Assembly: GCF_022045235.1 (NCBI RefSeq)
Contig: NW_027266341.1
Span: forward strand, 6,138,001-6,202,000
Length of the DNA: 64,000 bases
Direction of reading: 5' to 3'
Source of the DNA: Haliotis cracherodii
Taxonomy: Eukaryota
Position numbers and translations under genes: made by a program. Shown here in pieces: positions 12,318 through 22,935 of the stretch. How positions within the stretch are numbered: the stretch's first letter is position 1; each line of letters begins with the position of its first letter. Under the pieces are notes generated by a model that was not told the DNA's origin, made no database searches, and saw nothing but the letters and a program-made list of their open reading frames with translations.

Positions 12318-12697
12318 CTGTAAAATAATTAAAGAACAATCGTATCTGGCTGGAACTTGGAACTAATGCCTCTTATAAGGCACGAACACAAAAGTTAAAG
12401 TTATTTCCCTTGCCGACATGTGATCCATTTAGCTTGAGCTTAATGTAATTACAATATAAACGAAAATGAAGCAGTTATATAATATTTCTCATGGGAGTGA
12501 AAATATTATTTGCAATTACATCTTAGTATCAATAATCATCACTCTAACATTCGTGAAATAACAGTGTAAAGTCGTTTATGTGTAATGGACATCTGGCTCC
12601 TTTTATTATGTGTAACATACTCTAAAACCGACTTGTGGTCCGTTTTTATGTTTAGCGTAGAATGACAGTTTTACCGACTTGTGGTACCTCTTTGTTT

Positions 12698-12888
12698 GTA
12701 TGCTTGTCGTAAAAGGCGACTAACGGAATCGGGTGGTCAGGTTCTCTGACTTGGTGGATCGATGCTCATGATATTAATCACTGGATTGTCTGGTCCAGAT
12801 TCGATTCGATTTACAGACCGCCGTCATGTAGCTGGAATATTGCTGAGTGCGGCGTAAAACAACAAACCTACCAACCAACAACCAACAT
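12698..12888 (+). mobile_element. SINE-like family C, 5'-truncated
   Basis: ATGCTTGTCGTAAAAGGCGACTAACGG..CTGGATTGTCTGGTCCAGA..GCTGGAATATTGCTGAGTGCGGCGTAAAAC + (AAAC/AACC)n. Confidence 0.85.
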
Positions 12889-12960
12889 ACGAAGTTCAAG
12901 GTCGAAAAAAACCTGACATAATGTTTTGTTTGTTTGTGACGCTCTAAAACTTAAAATCCC

Positions 12961-14035
12961 ACGAGCCTTGGTTAACTGCAATACAAAAGTGAGAGGCTGT
13001 ATACTCTATGTATTCCATATTTGTATTTGTTCATGATTCCTGCAATAAAATAAATGCTACTGCAACAACCCACGGACAGGTACATTGATGTACATTGTGT
13101 CGACGCACCTTGGTATTTCGTAAACATTAGAATAGCCGCTCGGAGTAGATAATTCGTGTTGGACAGCTGCACAGTGCCACATTGTCCCCATTTGAATGAC
13201 CAGATGATGACCACAAATAGTCCCGTACGAACGTGATGTTATTACACTATGTCTAATATAAGTGTTTTGTCAATAAAAGAGTGGTGATCTATTCTCGTAT
13301 GAGTAATAAGTTAAAGTTGTATACACGTCGATCATTATCAGCTCTATATATGATGAACTAATATTACCGGGCCAGATAATCAAAGTATTTGTTAATGTGG
13401 ACTCCGACATAACAAACTGATTTTAAGAGTTCCTAAGAGGTCGATACAGCCGGAGTTTTCCCCTGTAAGGATGGAGTTGCAAACACTGCTCAGCATACAA
13501 ATAGTTTACATGCACGAGTAACAGGAATGATCTGCTTGGGATGCATGCAACGATTATCAACTAAACGCATTGAAATGCCTACCATCACCTGTTCAAATCT
13601 ATTTCATATTATTTTACTTGAAGGTATTATGGAATCCAACAAGAAGACACATTAATACATGATAAATGTTGGAATCAATAACTGTGTCAGAGACTTCAAA
13701 CAACAACCTCATGGAAATATAATCCTACTTTCTACACTGTAGAATCCTACGATCTCAACACTCCTGAAGTATAAATCCGACCACTAGAAGATATTGATTT
13801 CAAAATAGACGATTAGTTTGAATAAGCCTGGATTGGACTGTCTCAAGTTTTGTTAATCCTTTCACAATATTGCCTCGGGCATCACATATTTGTAGGTGTT
13901 TTTGTTGGAGAGAAAATTACTGGTGAGTCGTAATATAATTCACATTTAAATCCGTATTCATTAAAAAATACGAAGACAACTTTACTCTTATCCGTGTAAT
14001 GTATATATGCATAGTTAATGTACAATCCTATGCAC
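12961..14035 (-). repeat. Arm B of inverted segmental duplication (partner 1-1095)
   Basis: Reverse complement collinear with 1-1095, e.g. GTGTTGGACAGCTGCACAGTGCCACATTGTCCCCA (13156-13190) vs 830-865. Confidence 0.9.
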
Positions 14036-14059
14036 TTTCTTATACAAACTGCATTCCTC

Positions 14060-14860
14060 CTGATCGGAACTTTCGAAACTAACTTCAACACCAGCCCTTC
14101 AAAGAAAGTAAAACCCACCTCTCTCACTCACTCGCGAATTTTCACACGAGAATGCCCAACCTAATTAGCCAGTGATATATGTCAGACCATGTACCCAATG
14201 ATCCTGTGTACCATATCTAGCCTGTCACCACACGTTAGTTTAACAAGTGTGAATGAACGAACGCCGTGTGGCATCTTTATAATGATTTGCTATGTCCCAA
14301 TAATCATTCACTTCATTCTCGAGAACAAGTAAAGATTTATCCCGAAATCGTCTTTGAAAATTTGCTTCGAGGCTGAGATCAAACGAATTGTCTATATTGA
14401 TGTTTTTACGTGAAACGGAAAGATGCAGAGATCGATGCATCACCCTTTTATTGCAATATCCTGTGTTGACGGTTTTGTAATGTAACCAGTTGGTATCGAG
14501 TGGCGTCTCTCCTAAAGTGGCTATAATAACAGCATTGGATGAAAGTTCTTTCTCCAGAAGAGTTTGTTAAATCGACCGAAATGAAGCATGTATTGCATTC
14601 TGTGAGGTTAAATGGCCCTTCGTGAAGGTTTCAATCCGATACATTTCACGTGCAATGTTCCAGTGTGATATAATGAGACATGTGCGAGGAAATTGATTTG
14701 ATGTTTTGAAAGAGAACAAATAAATGGCTTCATCGACGTTATTGCACAAATCGAAGGTTCATAATTAGCCTTTGTAAACAATTTTGTAATATAACATCTC
14801 ATTTTTCTGTTTTTCTGATACTGCGGGGGTTAGGTTATCTTTCAAAGATTAAATCATGAG
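14060..14860 (-). repeat. Arm of second inverted duplication (partner 16160-17050)
   Basis: ORF translations 14240-14802(-) and 16176-16680(+) are nearly identical (TKLFTKANYEPSICAITSMKP; SHWNIAREMYR; MHRSLHLSVSRK); CCTAATTAGCCAGTGATATATGTCA (14160-14184) inverted at ~16706-16730. Confidence 0.9.
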
Positions 14861-16159
14861 CGAATGAATACATCCACTATTTCTGTAGCATTCAAACATT
14901 TGCCATTACTGCAGAAATATGTTTTACAGATTTTGAACGTGTAATAATTCGCTCCACCAGTCGTTTTCATGCAAATACTAATAGCAATGAAATACTAAGA
15001 AATACAGATTCTAAGTAAACATATATTCGAACAAGTAAACACCTTTACACTGATGTTTGGAGCTAGACTGGTTCTGTCTTCCAATGCCATCCCTTATGAG
15101 AGGGTGTGTCATGATCAGTTGATGATAGGTTCGAATCCTAGAGTTGCCGTTAGGATACGCCTAGGTTTACGAGGACCATACCCGTTCTAGTTGCATGTCC
15201 ATATGATGGAAGTATAAAACATTAATAGATGGATGGACGGAACGGATGGATGGATGAAATCTATTAATGGAATGGATAAGCGGTTGATTTATGAATGATA
15301 ACAGGCTTTCTGGAAACAGTGGATGAACGAACAGAATCGATTGTTTGATCCATGATTGAATGGGTGGATGGGTGGATGGAATTAATGAATGAATATATGA
15401 TATGAATTGATAGACAATAAAATGCGTCAGCCGTTGTTGGATTGTCGAAGGTATTTATTGTGACGTCTGCCATTGCTGTTGAATCACAAAGTGAAATAAA
15501 TTTCAATCTAAATCCTGATGATAGATGGACGGAAGATGGCTTCCGATCAAAATAATCATCTTTCTCCATGTAGGGAAAACCTGTCACTTTGACGTACTGG
15601 GAGGGTTGTGTGCGACAGTACGGAGATTCACTTGTTCAAATCATCAGACCACTTGCACGGCGTACGGCGTCTCACACTAGATCTGAAGCATCACCATCAT
15701 GAGTTAGTAGTTTCGTAGATAATATCTTTGATTACAGCTAACTTTGTATGTGAGTAATTTAAGAGCGTTTGGTTGTTTATCACAGTGTGTCATCCTAACT
15801 TAGTAGGTTAGCCAAAAGGGGTAGAATTCCTCTACCCAGGAGGGATAACGGGTGTGGTGATATGATACCTTGGGGCAAGTCATCAATTGGCACGCTTGTC
15901 ATGAGGAACGCAATTGTGGCGCTTGGGACGATTGGATCATTTATGCCACAAACAAAGGTATAAATCCATGTAGCCGTAAATGGAATTACCGTTGAATTTG
16001 GCTAATATTGTACATTATTGCTCACATTGGTATTTATGAATATATTGAACGTGTACATTTGAACAACTTGAGAAGCAAATATTAATACTAAAAAAATGAA
16101 GGCATGTTTTTCCTTGAGCAAAATTGGCGGAAAATATTAATTTAAGCCATTGCAAATTT

Positions 16160-17050
16160 ACTCATGATTTAATCTTTGAAACACAACCCCCGCATTATCA
16201 AAAAGGAAAATACACAAATGAGATGTCATGTTACCAAATTGTTTACAAAGGCTAATTATGAACCTTCGATTTGTGCAATCACGTCGATGAAGCCACTTAC
16301 TTTTTCTTCTTCCAAACATCAAATCAATTTCCTCGCACGTGTCGCACTGGAACATTGCACGTGAAATGTATCGGTTTGAAACCTTCACGAAGGGCCATTT
16401 AACCTCACAGAATGCAATACATGCTTCGTTTCGGTCGATTCCACAAACTCTCCTGGAGAAAGAACTTTCATCCAATGCTGTTATTATAGTCACTTTAGGA
16501 GAGACGCCACTCGATACCAACTGGTTACATTACAAAACCGTCAACACAGGATATTGCAATAAAAGGGTGATGCATCGATCTCTGCATCTTTCCGTTTCAC
16601 GTAAACACATCAATATAGACAATTCGATTGTTCTCAGGCTCGAAGCAAATTTTCAAAGGCGATTGCAGCATAAGTTTTAAATGCTTTCTGCAGCAAGAGT
16701 TGAAATGACATATATCACTGGCTAATTAGGTTTGGTATTCCCGTGTGAAAGTAATGTGTGAGTAAGAGAGACAGGTTTCAACAGAGTTTGGGTAATGATT
16801 TGGGTTTGGTGTTGAATATACATGTAGTTTATGTAATTCCGATAGGTATTGGAGAATTGGAGCTGGGGTTGAAGATATTTTTCTATAGCTCTGATCAGGT
16901 GTTGGAGGGGTGGGGTTTAAAGTTAGTGTCTGTATAATTCTGATCATGTGTTGGAGGGGTGGGGTTTAAAGTTAGTACCTGTGGAATTCTGATCAAGTTT
17001 GGTAGGGCTTGGGTTGAGGTGTGAAGTTAATTCCTATTGAAGTCCGATCA
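16160..17050 (+). repeat. Arm of second inverted duplication; distal part expanded into ~49-56 bp tandem units (16835-17090)
   Basis: CTCATGATTTAATCTTTGAAA (16161) = revcomp of 14840-14860; CTGATCA.GTGTTGGAGGGGTGGGGTTTAAAGTTAG repeated at 16891 and 16940. Confidence 0.85.
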
Positions 17051-17100
17051 GTTTGTTGGAAGATTTCGGCTTGGGTTTGGTGTTGCTACAATGGAGCTCC

Positions 17101-18370
17101 TACACGACGGCTGGTCAAAAAGTTCTAAGTCTAACAAACAAAACCAACAATTGTGAAAGTGGTTTTAATTTTATTTTTCAATATAATCTCCCTGCTTATC
17201 AAGACACTTCTCATATCGATACTGAAGCTTTTCAATTCCAATCAGGAAGAAGTTTCTGAAGCTACCCGAAAAACCCATTCACGGTAGCTTTGAGATCATC
17301 GTTGTCGTCATTGCGTTTTTCCACGAAGGTGTCTGGCGAGTATGGATGGTGAGGAAGCTCTTCGAACCAACATTTTCGCACAGCAGCCTTTGCAAATCGA
17401 GAGGTGTGAGAAGAGGCATTGTCCTGAAGTAGTAGAACTCCAGAAGTCAGCATTCCTCGCCGCTTTCCTTTGATAGACTCTCTCAGTCGATGAAGCAAAT
17501 CAGCATAGTAGGCACCGGTAATAGTCTTTTGACTTTCTGAGTAATGAACAAGGATCACACCCTTTGCATTCTAGAATACAGTGGCCATAACTTTCTTCAC
17601 TGATCTTAAAGACTTGAATTTCTTTGGTGCCGGATAAGTGGAATGGTGCCATTTCTATGGATTGACATTTTGACTCGGGATCATAGTGGTAGACCCACGT
17701 TTCATCACCCGTTACTAATCACGTTTTGAATTTGACGAAATCCTCCTCAATTAGCTCAAGATTTTCTCTGGCAATGTCAGTCCTTTTTTCCTTGAGATCA
17801 GAATTTATAAACTTTGGCACCCAAGGAACATATATCTTATTCATCTTTTAATGTTCATGAATAATAGTTTCAGTGGATCAGTGGGTCCATAGCTTAGACC
17901 TCCTCAAGTTCAGCAATGGTAATACGTCTATCTGATAGTATAAGTTTTTCTATCTCCTTGATTGAATCTTCATTGATGGAAGTTGAGGGACGTCCAGATC
18001 TAGGGTCATCATCAAGGCTTGTTCTCACAGTCTTAAACATAGCTGACTAACGTTTAACAGTGGACGAGCTGGGGCACTTATACCCATACACTTGTGATAT
18101 GCGGTCATGAGTTTCTTGGGGAGTTCTTTACTCTAAAGCCAAAAAAATACATTTCGATTAAGATCCCCGGTTTGTCTACACCGTGGCTGTTCTCGTGGGT
18201 TTCACCAAAGTGGAAAACACCCACAAACTCTTCTATTTTTGGCTTTTTTTCACACGTCAGAACATGCAATAAATATTTATGTCAATTTAACGTTATCTAC
18301 ATTGTAATTAGAGAGTTTTTGGTTTTACGTGAGTTGGCGTCTAATGACAACTATTTTATGGTTCCTACAC
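17101..18370 (-). mobile_element. mariner-family transposon relic with degenerate transposase
   Basis: Minus-strand motifs DDDPRSGRPSTS (HTH), WVP, VTGDETWVYHYDPE, GVLLLQDNASSHTS, LPHHPYSPD; TA + CACGACGGCTGGTCAAAAAGTT TIR-like end at 17101; other TIR not confidently located. Confidence 0.9.
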
Positions 18371-18924
18371 GTCACAAATATAAAGTGTTTTACATTTCGT
18401 ATGTAGTGTCAAGGCTCCGTTTCATAAACTGATAGTACCACGAAAGCGCTAGTTAAACATACTCTTTTCGTCTAAGCACTAAGGGCGCTTTGTGGAAACG
18501 GACAATACGTGCCTCGCATGTGATTAACACTTTTGAAATTATAAATCTCATCACAAACCCTCGTTATTATAGCGTCGTCAATTGAAATGGTGTCTAATAT
18601 ACTCACAACCAAATTAAACGCGAACCGTAGAAACATATAGAGAAGTATGTTAGATAAGATGTTTCCAATGTGTACCAATAATTGGCAAAACCAACAATCA
18701 GTCAAGTGTTAGCACAGAGTGTCTTTATTTTTTTCCGATACGCTGCTGGTGATTTCCAAATTTTACACGCTAATCCTGAACAAGACAAATGGTGCATCTC
18801 GAGTCATGGATCTATGGCGTCACATGTACCCCGTTCATGAGCGTCGGTTCACACAACATACAAATATGTTCGTCTGTGCAACGACCCAATCACTTCAATA
18901 TGAGTAATGCTTAATAGATTAACC

Positions 18925-19088
18925 GGGGCGGTCGGGTAGCCTAGTGGTTAAAGCGTTCGCTCGTCACGCTGAAGACCCGGGTTCGATTTTCGACATAGGT
19001 ACAATGTGTGAAGCCCATTTCTGGTGTCCCCGTGATATTGCTGGAATATTGCTAAAAGCGGCGTGAAACGTTACTCACTCACTCACTC
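18925..19088 (+). mobile_element. SINE family A
   Basis: GGGGCGGTCGGGTAGCCTAGTGG..GGTTCGATT..GCGGCGTGAAAC..(ACTC)n. Confidence 0.9.
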
Positions 19089-21351
19089 ATATTTTAACCA
19101 ACATGTATGTTTTTCGGGTTTATTTGATTGTGAGTATATTGAGAAAGAAGGCGAAATGCGTGCCAGTTGTATTTGTGAAAGATCATACCAGCGAAAGACA
19201 TATTTGTAGTGGGGGCCGAGAGTTATATTTATCCCGATGTCCCTTGACATTTTCGCTGTGTAATTAGGCTAATGTGTTCGTTATAAGTACTACCTGTACC
19301 GGAGATGCCCAGGCCTGGGTGATGATCTAGCATGACCTAATAATTTTGAGAGTGGTGAGTGTGTTGTGGCACGCCTACGTGTTGAGTTCCTGAAAATGTT
19401 GAAGGTAATGTTCAGACCAAATCTGAATATGTAAGCAGTGACACCAGCTCGAGACTGTAACTGTTCTCGCGAGAGAGTTGCGCTGTCACCTAAACAGTAT
19501 GTGTACATGGTGAATGTGTATTACCCACGTGCTCAACGTGCAAAGGCGAACGCTTTGTGAAACATTTGGGATCGTCCGAATAAAGTCTGGTGCCCTTTTC
19601 ATAAATAGTTCGGCCTCTGTAATCTGGGTCGACAAGTAGTCGGTTTACGGGTGCGATCCAAAGAACGAAAACTTAACGATCACTGTCTGCTAAATAGGTC
19701 TATTAATGAAATGTCTAAGCTGATTTCTGTAAGCAATACAACATTGTGACATTAAAGCTTCTTTTTTGTTCATTTTTTCACCCTACATTTCACACTGCCC
19801 CAGATTTCTCCCACTTGGTACAATATGAAGAACGAACCCGGGGTTACTGATATGTCTATAAGCGGCGCAAAAGCATGCCCACTTGAGAAACTAATTTCTT
19901 ACACACCTGTGGGTGAGAAACCCATTTGAGATAACTGGTATCAAACATATGTGTGAGATCAAATTCCAGGCCCGTGATTGGCTACTCCATGGTGATGACC
20001 TGGGGTCAGATGATGACGGACTACTTTCCTGAGTGTAAGTCATTCATAAGTAGCTCGTGCTTCAGTCGAATGTTCACCTACGTCTGTATTGAACAGCAAG
20101 ACCGTGTAATAAAAATAAACAAACTCGTCTTCGTCTGCGAGTTTGTTTGTTATTATTATCAGTTACATTGTCTGTTGTTATGGCAACATTATCGTTTTTT
20201 CAGAGTGTAAACCCCCTGGATGCCACAGCGACACATATGTCCCTTCTCTTCAACCCTCACTTCGAAATCGAATAAATTTCACAATACATCACGCAGAATC
20301 TTCACAGTTTTGAATTCCCCCTTCAGTTTATTATTTACTGTCATTTTAGGCAATTCAAAATTACTGAAAGTGACTGAAAGTTAGGTACATTGTAATTACA
20401 ATCTCGCCAAATCACAATTCACGGCGTTATATAAATATTTACTGTGTGTTTAGAAATCTAAATATCGGATATTAACTCGAATAATTAAAGTAGAAAAATA
20501 GCATATTAGTGATCACGGGTATCACATCACTAATGACAATTCTAAAACGTCGCTGATAAGCCTAGAATCGTTTAGAATGTTTTAGAAAATACGCATATCC
20601 GAACGCCGAAGTGTACGTTCCGCTATATTGGATTGTTTACAAAATGCCGGTTATGAGACGCCTATTCGATCAGGTATATTTCAAACTCAGCTGCTATACA
20701 TGCATCCCTGAATTCCTCATACATTTTCGAAACAACAGATAAATGGTCTTTGTCACCAATGCAAATTATCTAGATGAAATCACGCTCGTTAGATACGTTT
20801 TGAAACAACTCGTTGTAAGATCAATGGTATCTGACAGACACTCGTGTAGTAATCTCTATTTATTTACATTTTCTTTAAACACTAAAGAAACGCAGTGTCC
20901 ATTCTACACGATGTTAAAGAAATAACATACTTATTATACTAAGTATAATAATATACTTTCTTCTGTGGTTTGTCATGGCATATGTTTACCTTGCTGTATC
21001 CAGGAACATATATCAAGTATTGTTGGTAGTGGTAAGGTGTCCCATAGGACACGATTATAAAATATATACTATAGCAAGCGTAAATATTTGAAAAAAATAT
21101 ATCATTATTTTCAGTTTATCCTTCAGAAACACTTCAAGGTATATATGATTATAAAATTAAGGTAGCAGGTCATCCATTTGTCCGCCTGAATAGTATCCCG
21201 TTCTGAAAAAGAATACTAATCACCTGTGTAATACAAAATCGACGCAGTACTCAATCAGAAGGAAAGTCGAAAAAGGGAACTCTTTCTGTAGCTTTTTTTT
21301 ACATGTATCTTATCAGTGATACAGAGAGTAGGAGAAGTCTCTGACATTAAC

Positions 21352-21630
21352 GGGGGCACGGGTGGCCCAGTCGTCTAAGGCGCCGCGATTCGCTGTGCAG
21401 AGTTGCGTGCCTTGGCCACGCCAGAAACCTATAACTGTGGGTTCGAATCCCGGTTCGCCCCAATTATGTTTATAGGTTTGTCAGCACCAAACCCGTGCTC
21501 GTAGGTTTCAACGAAGTGGTAAACGTCTGAGACCTGCATCACTTGGGGCTTTCCTCCAACATTAAGCTGACACGCCGTGATATAACTGGAATACTGTTAA
21601 AAGCGGCGTTAAACCCAACTCACTCACTCA
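21352..21630 (+). mobile_element. tRNA-derived SINE, family B, full length
   Basis: GGGGGCACGGGTGGCCCAGTCGTCTAAGG head, GGTTCGAATCC B box, tail GCGGCGTTAAACCC(ACTC)n; TSD CTCTGACATT at 21339 and 21631. Confidence 0.9.
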
Positions 21631-21689
21631 CTCTGACATTTACAACTTTGCTGAAGTCAGAGAACATGACATACATTTATTTTATGGTC

Positions 21690-21840
21690 TCTGGTGAAAC
21701 CCACGAGCACGGGTATGGTGATGACAAACCTAGAAACATAATCGGGACGGACCGAGATTCGAATCCACGATCATGCATTTCTGGCGTGCCCACGGGATGC
21801 TCAGCTAATTAAGGCGCCTCAGACAACTGGCCATGGGTCA
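21690..21840 (-). mobile_element. SINE family B, older partial copy
   Basis: GGTGAAACCCACGAGCACGGGTATGGTG..GATTCGAATCC..GGCGCCTCAGACAACTGGCC. Confidence 0.75.
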
Positions 21841-21853
21841 CTATTACTCTGAG

Positions 21854-22135
21854 TGAGTGAGTGAGTGAGTTGGGTTTAACGCCGCTTTTAACATTATCAC
21901 AGTTATATCGTGGCGTGCCAGCTTAATGTGGGGGGAAAGCCATAAGTGATGCAGGTCTTAGACGTTTACCACATCGGTGAAACCCACGAGCACGGGTATG
22001 GTGCTGACAAACCTAGAAACATAATCGGGGTGAACCGGGATTCGAACCCACAATCATAGGTTTCTGGCGTGTCCAGGGGACGCAACTCTGCACAGCGAAT
22101 CGCGGCGCCTTAGACGACTGGGCCACCCGTGCCCC
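21854..22135 (-). mobile_element. SINE family B, full length
   Basis: Reverse complement of 21352-21630; TSD CTATTACTCTGAG at 21841 and 22136. Confidence 0.9.
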
Positions 22136-22611
22136 CTATTACTCTGAGACTATAGTGTGGTTTTATAGGCATATGAACCTATTTTTTAAATATGGTATAT
22201 GAAAAATATATTATCCGTTGCATTCTCAACAAAGGCAAGTTATTGTTTTATTTTCTTCGAACAAATCACCCCAGATTAATTTTCTGCATTGAATAGGAGG
22301 TGAAATTGTGTGTCTGATCTAACGTGGATTTCAGACTTACTAACGGGGCGTTCATACGTATTGAACGAGCGCTTCTATCAATTCTACCCTTACATATTTA
22401 TATCTTTAACGTGATCAGAACTCCTTGCAGCTGGTGTCGAATGGGCGTGAGACGCTTGTGCCCGACTTGCCGATGATTGAATATCGTTTACACGAAGTCT
22501 TAATGTAAAAATAACACGACTGAGTTATACATTCTGCAGCCAACTTTTACTCGTTAATGAAATAGTGTATATGTTTGTGAATGACCATGGAGTGATGAAT
22601 GCATTTTGACG

Positions 22612-22648
22612 AATGTCTGATGAGTCATGACGAAACATTGTAAACACA
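22612..22648 (+). ncRNA. Degenerate minimal type I hammerhead ribozyme motif
   Basis: TGT-CTGATGA-GTCATGAC-GAAAC-ATT-GTA-AACA: both conserved core strands, palindromic stem II, AC/GT stem III, GUA triplet; stem I short and out of register by 1 nt. Confidence 0.45.
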
Positions 22649-22654
22649 GTGATA

Positions 22655-22935
22655 TGTTTGAGAGATTGTGGAAAGTTTCAGTAGTTCTGACGACACGCAT
22701 GAGAAATTGTGTCGACGTGTTTGAAAAGTTGCGTCGGCGTGATTGAGAAAGCGTGTCGACGTATTTGAAAGTTTGCGTCGGTGGGTTTGAGAAATTGTGT
22801 CTGAGTGTTTAAAAAGATGTGTCGACGTGTTTAAGAAATTGTGTCAATGTGTCGATGAGGAATAATGTCGGCTTGTTTGAGAAGTTGTGTTTGAGAAGTC
22901 CTGACGACACGTTCAAGAAATTATGGCGCCGTGTT
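22655..22935 (+). repeat. Degenerate ~22-bp tandem repeat
   Basis: Unit ~GAGAAATTGTGTCGACGTGTTT repeated with substitutions. Confidence 0.75.

Larger units (their letters stand above)
7384..12695 (-). mobile_element. Sola-superfamily (probably Sola1) DNA transposon carrying transposase and F-box/LRR cargo pseudogenes
   Basis: Left end GTGACCTGTTCCATAAAAAGGGACCAAAAGTCG begins right after ATAT (AWWT-type target) inside the LINE RT motif; inverted matches CGACTTGTGGTCCGTTTTTATG (12629-12650) and CGACTTGTGGTACCTCTTT (~12675-12693); outermost right bases missing. Confidence 0.75.

Noticed and set aside
18925-19000. Functional tRNA genes (also 49220-49290, 57222-57295)
   Set aside because: tRNA-like heads continue into SINE bodies with tails and TSDs.
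20210-21005. piggyBac-like MITE (CCTGGATGCC..CATATGT / CATATGT..GTATCCAGG)
   Set aside because: Inverted similarity is short and degenerate; no TTAA duplication.
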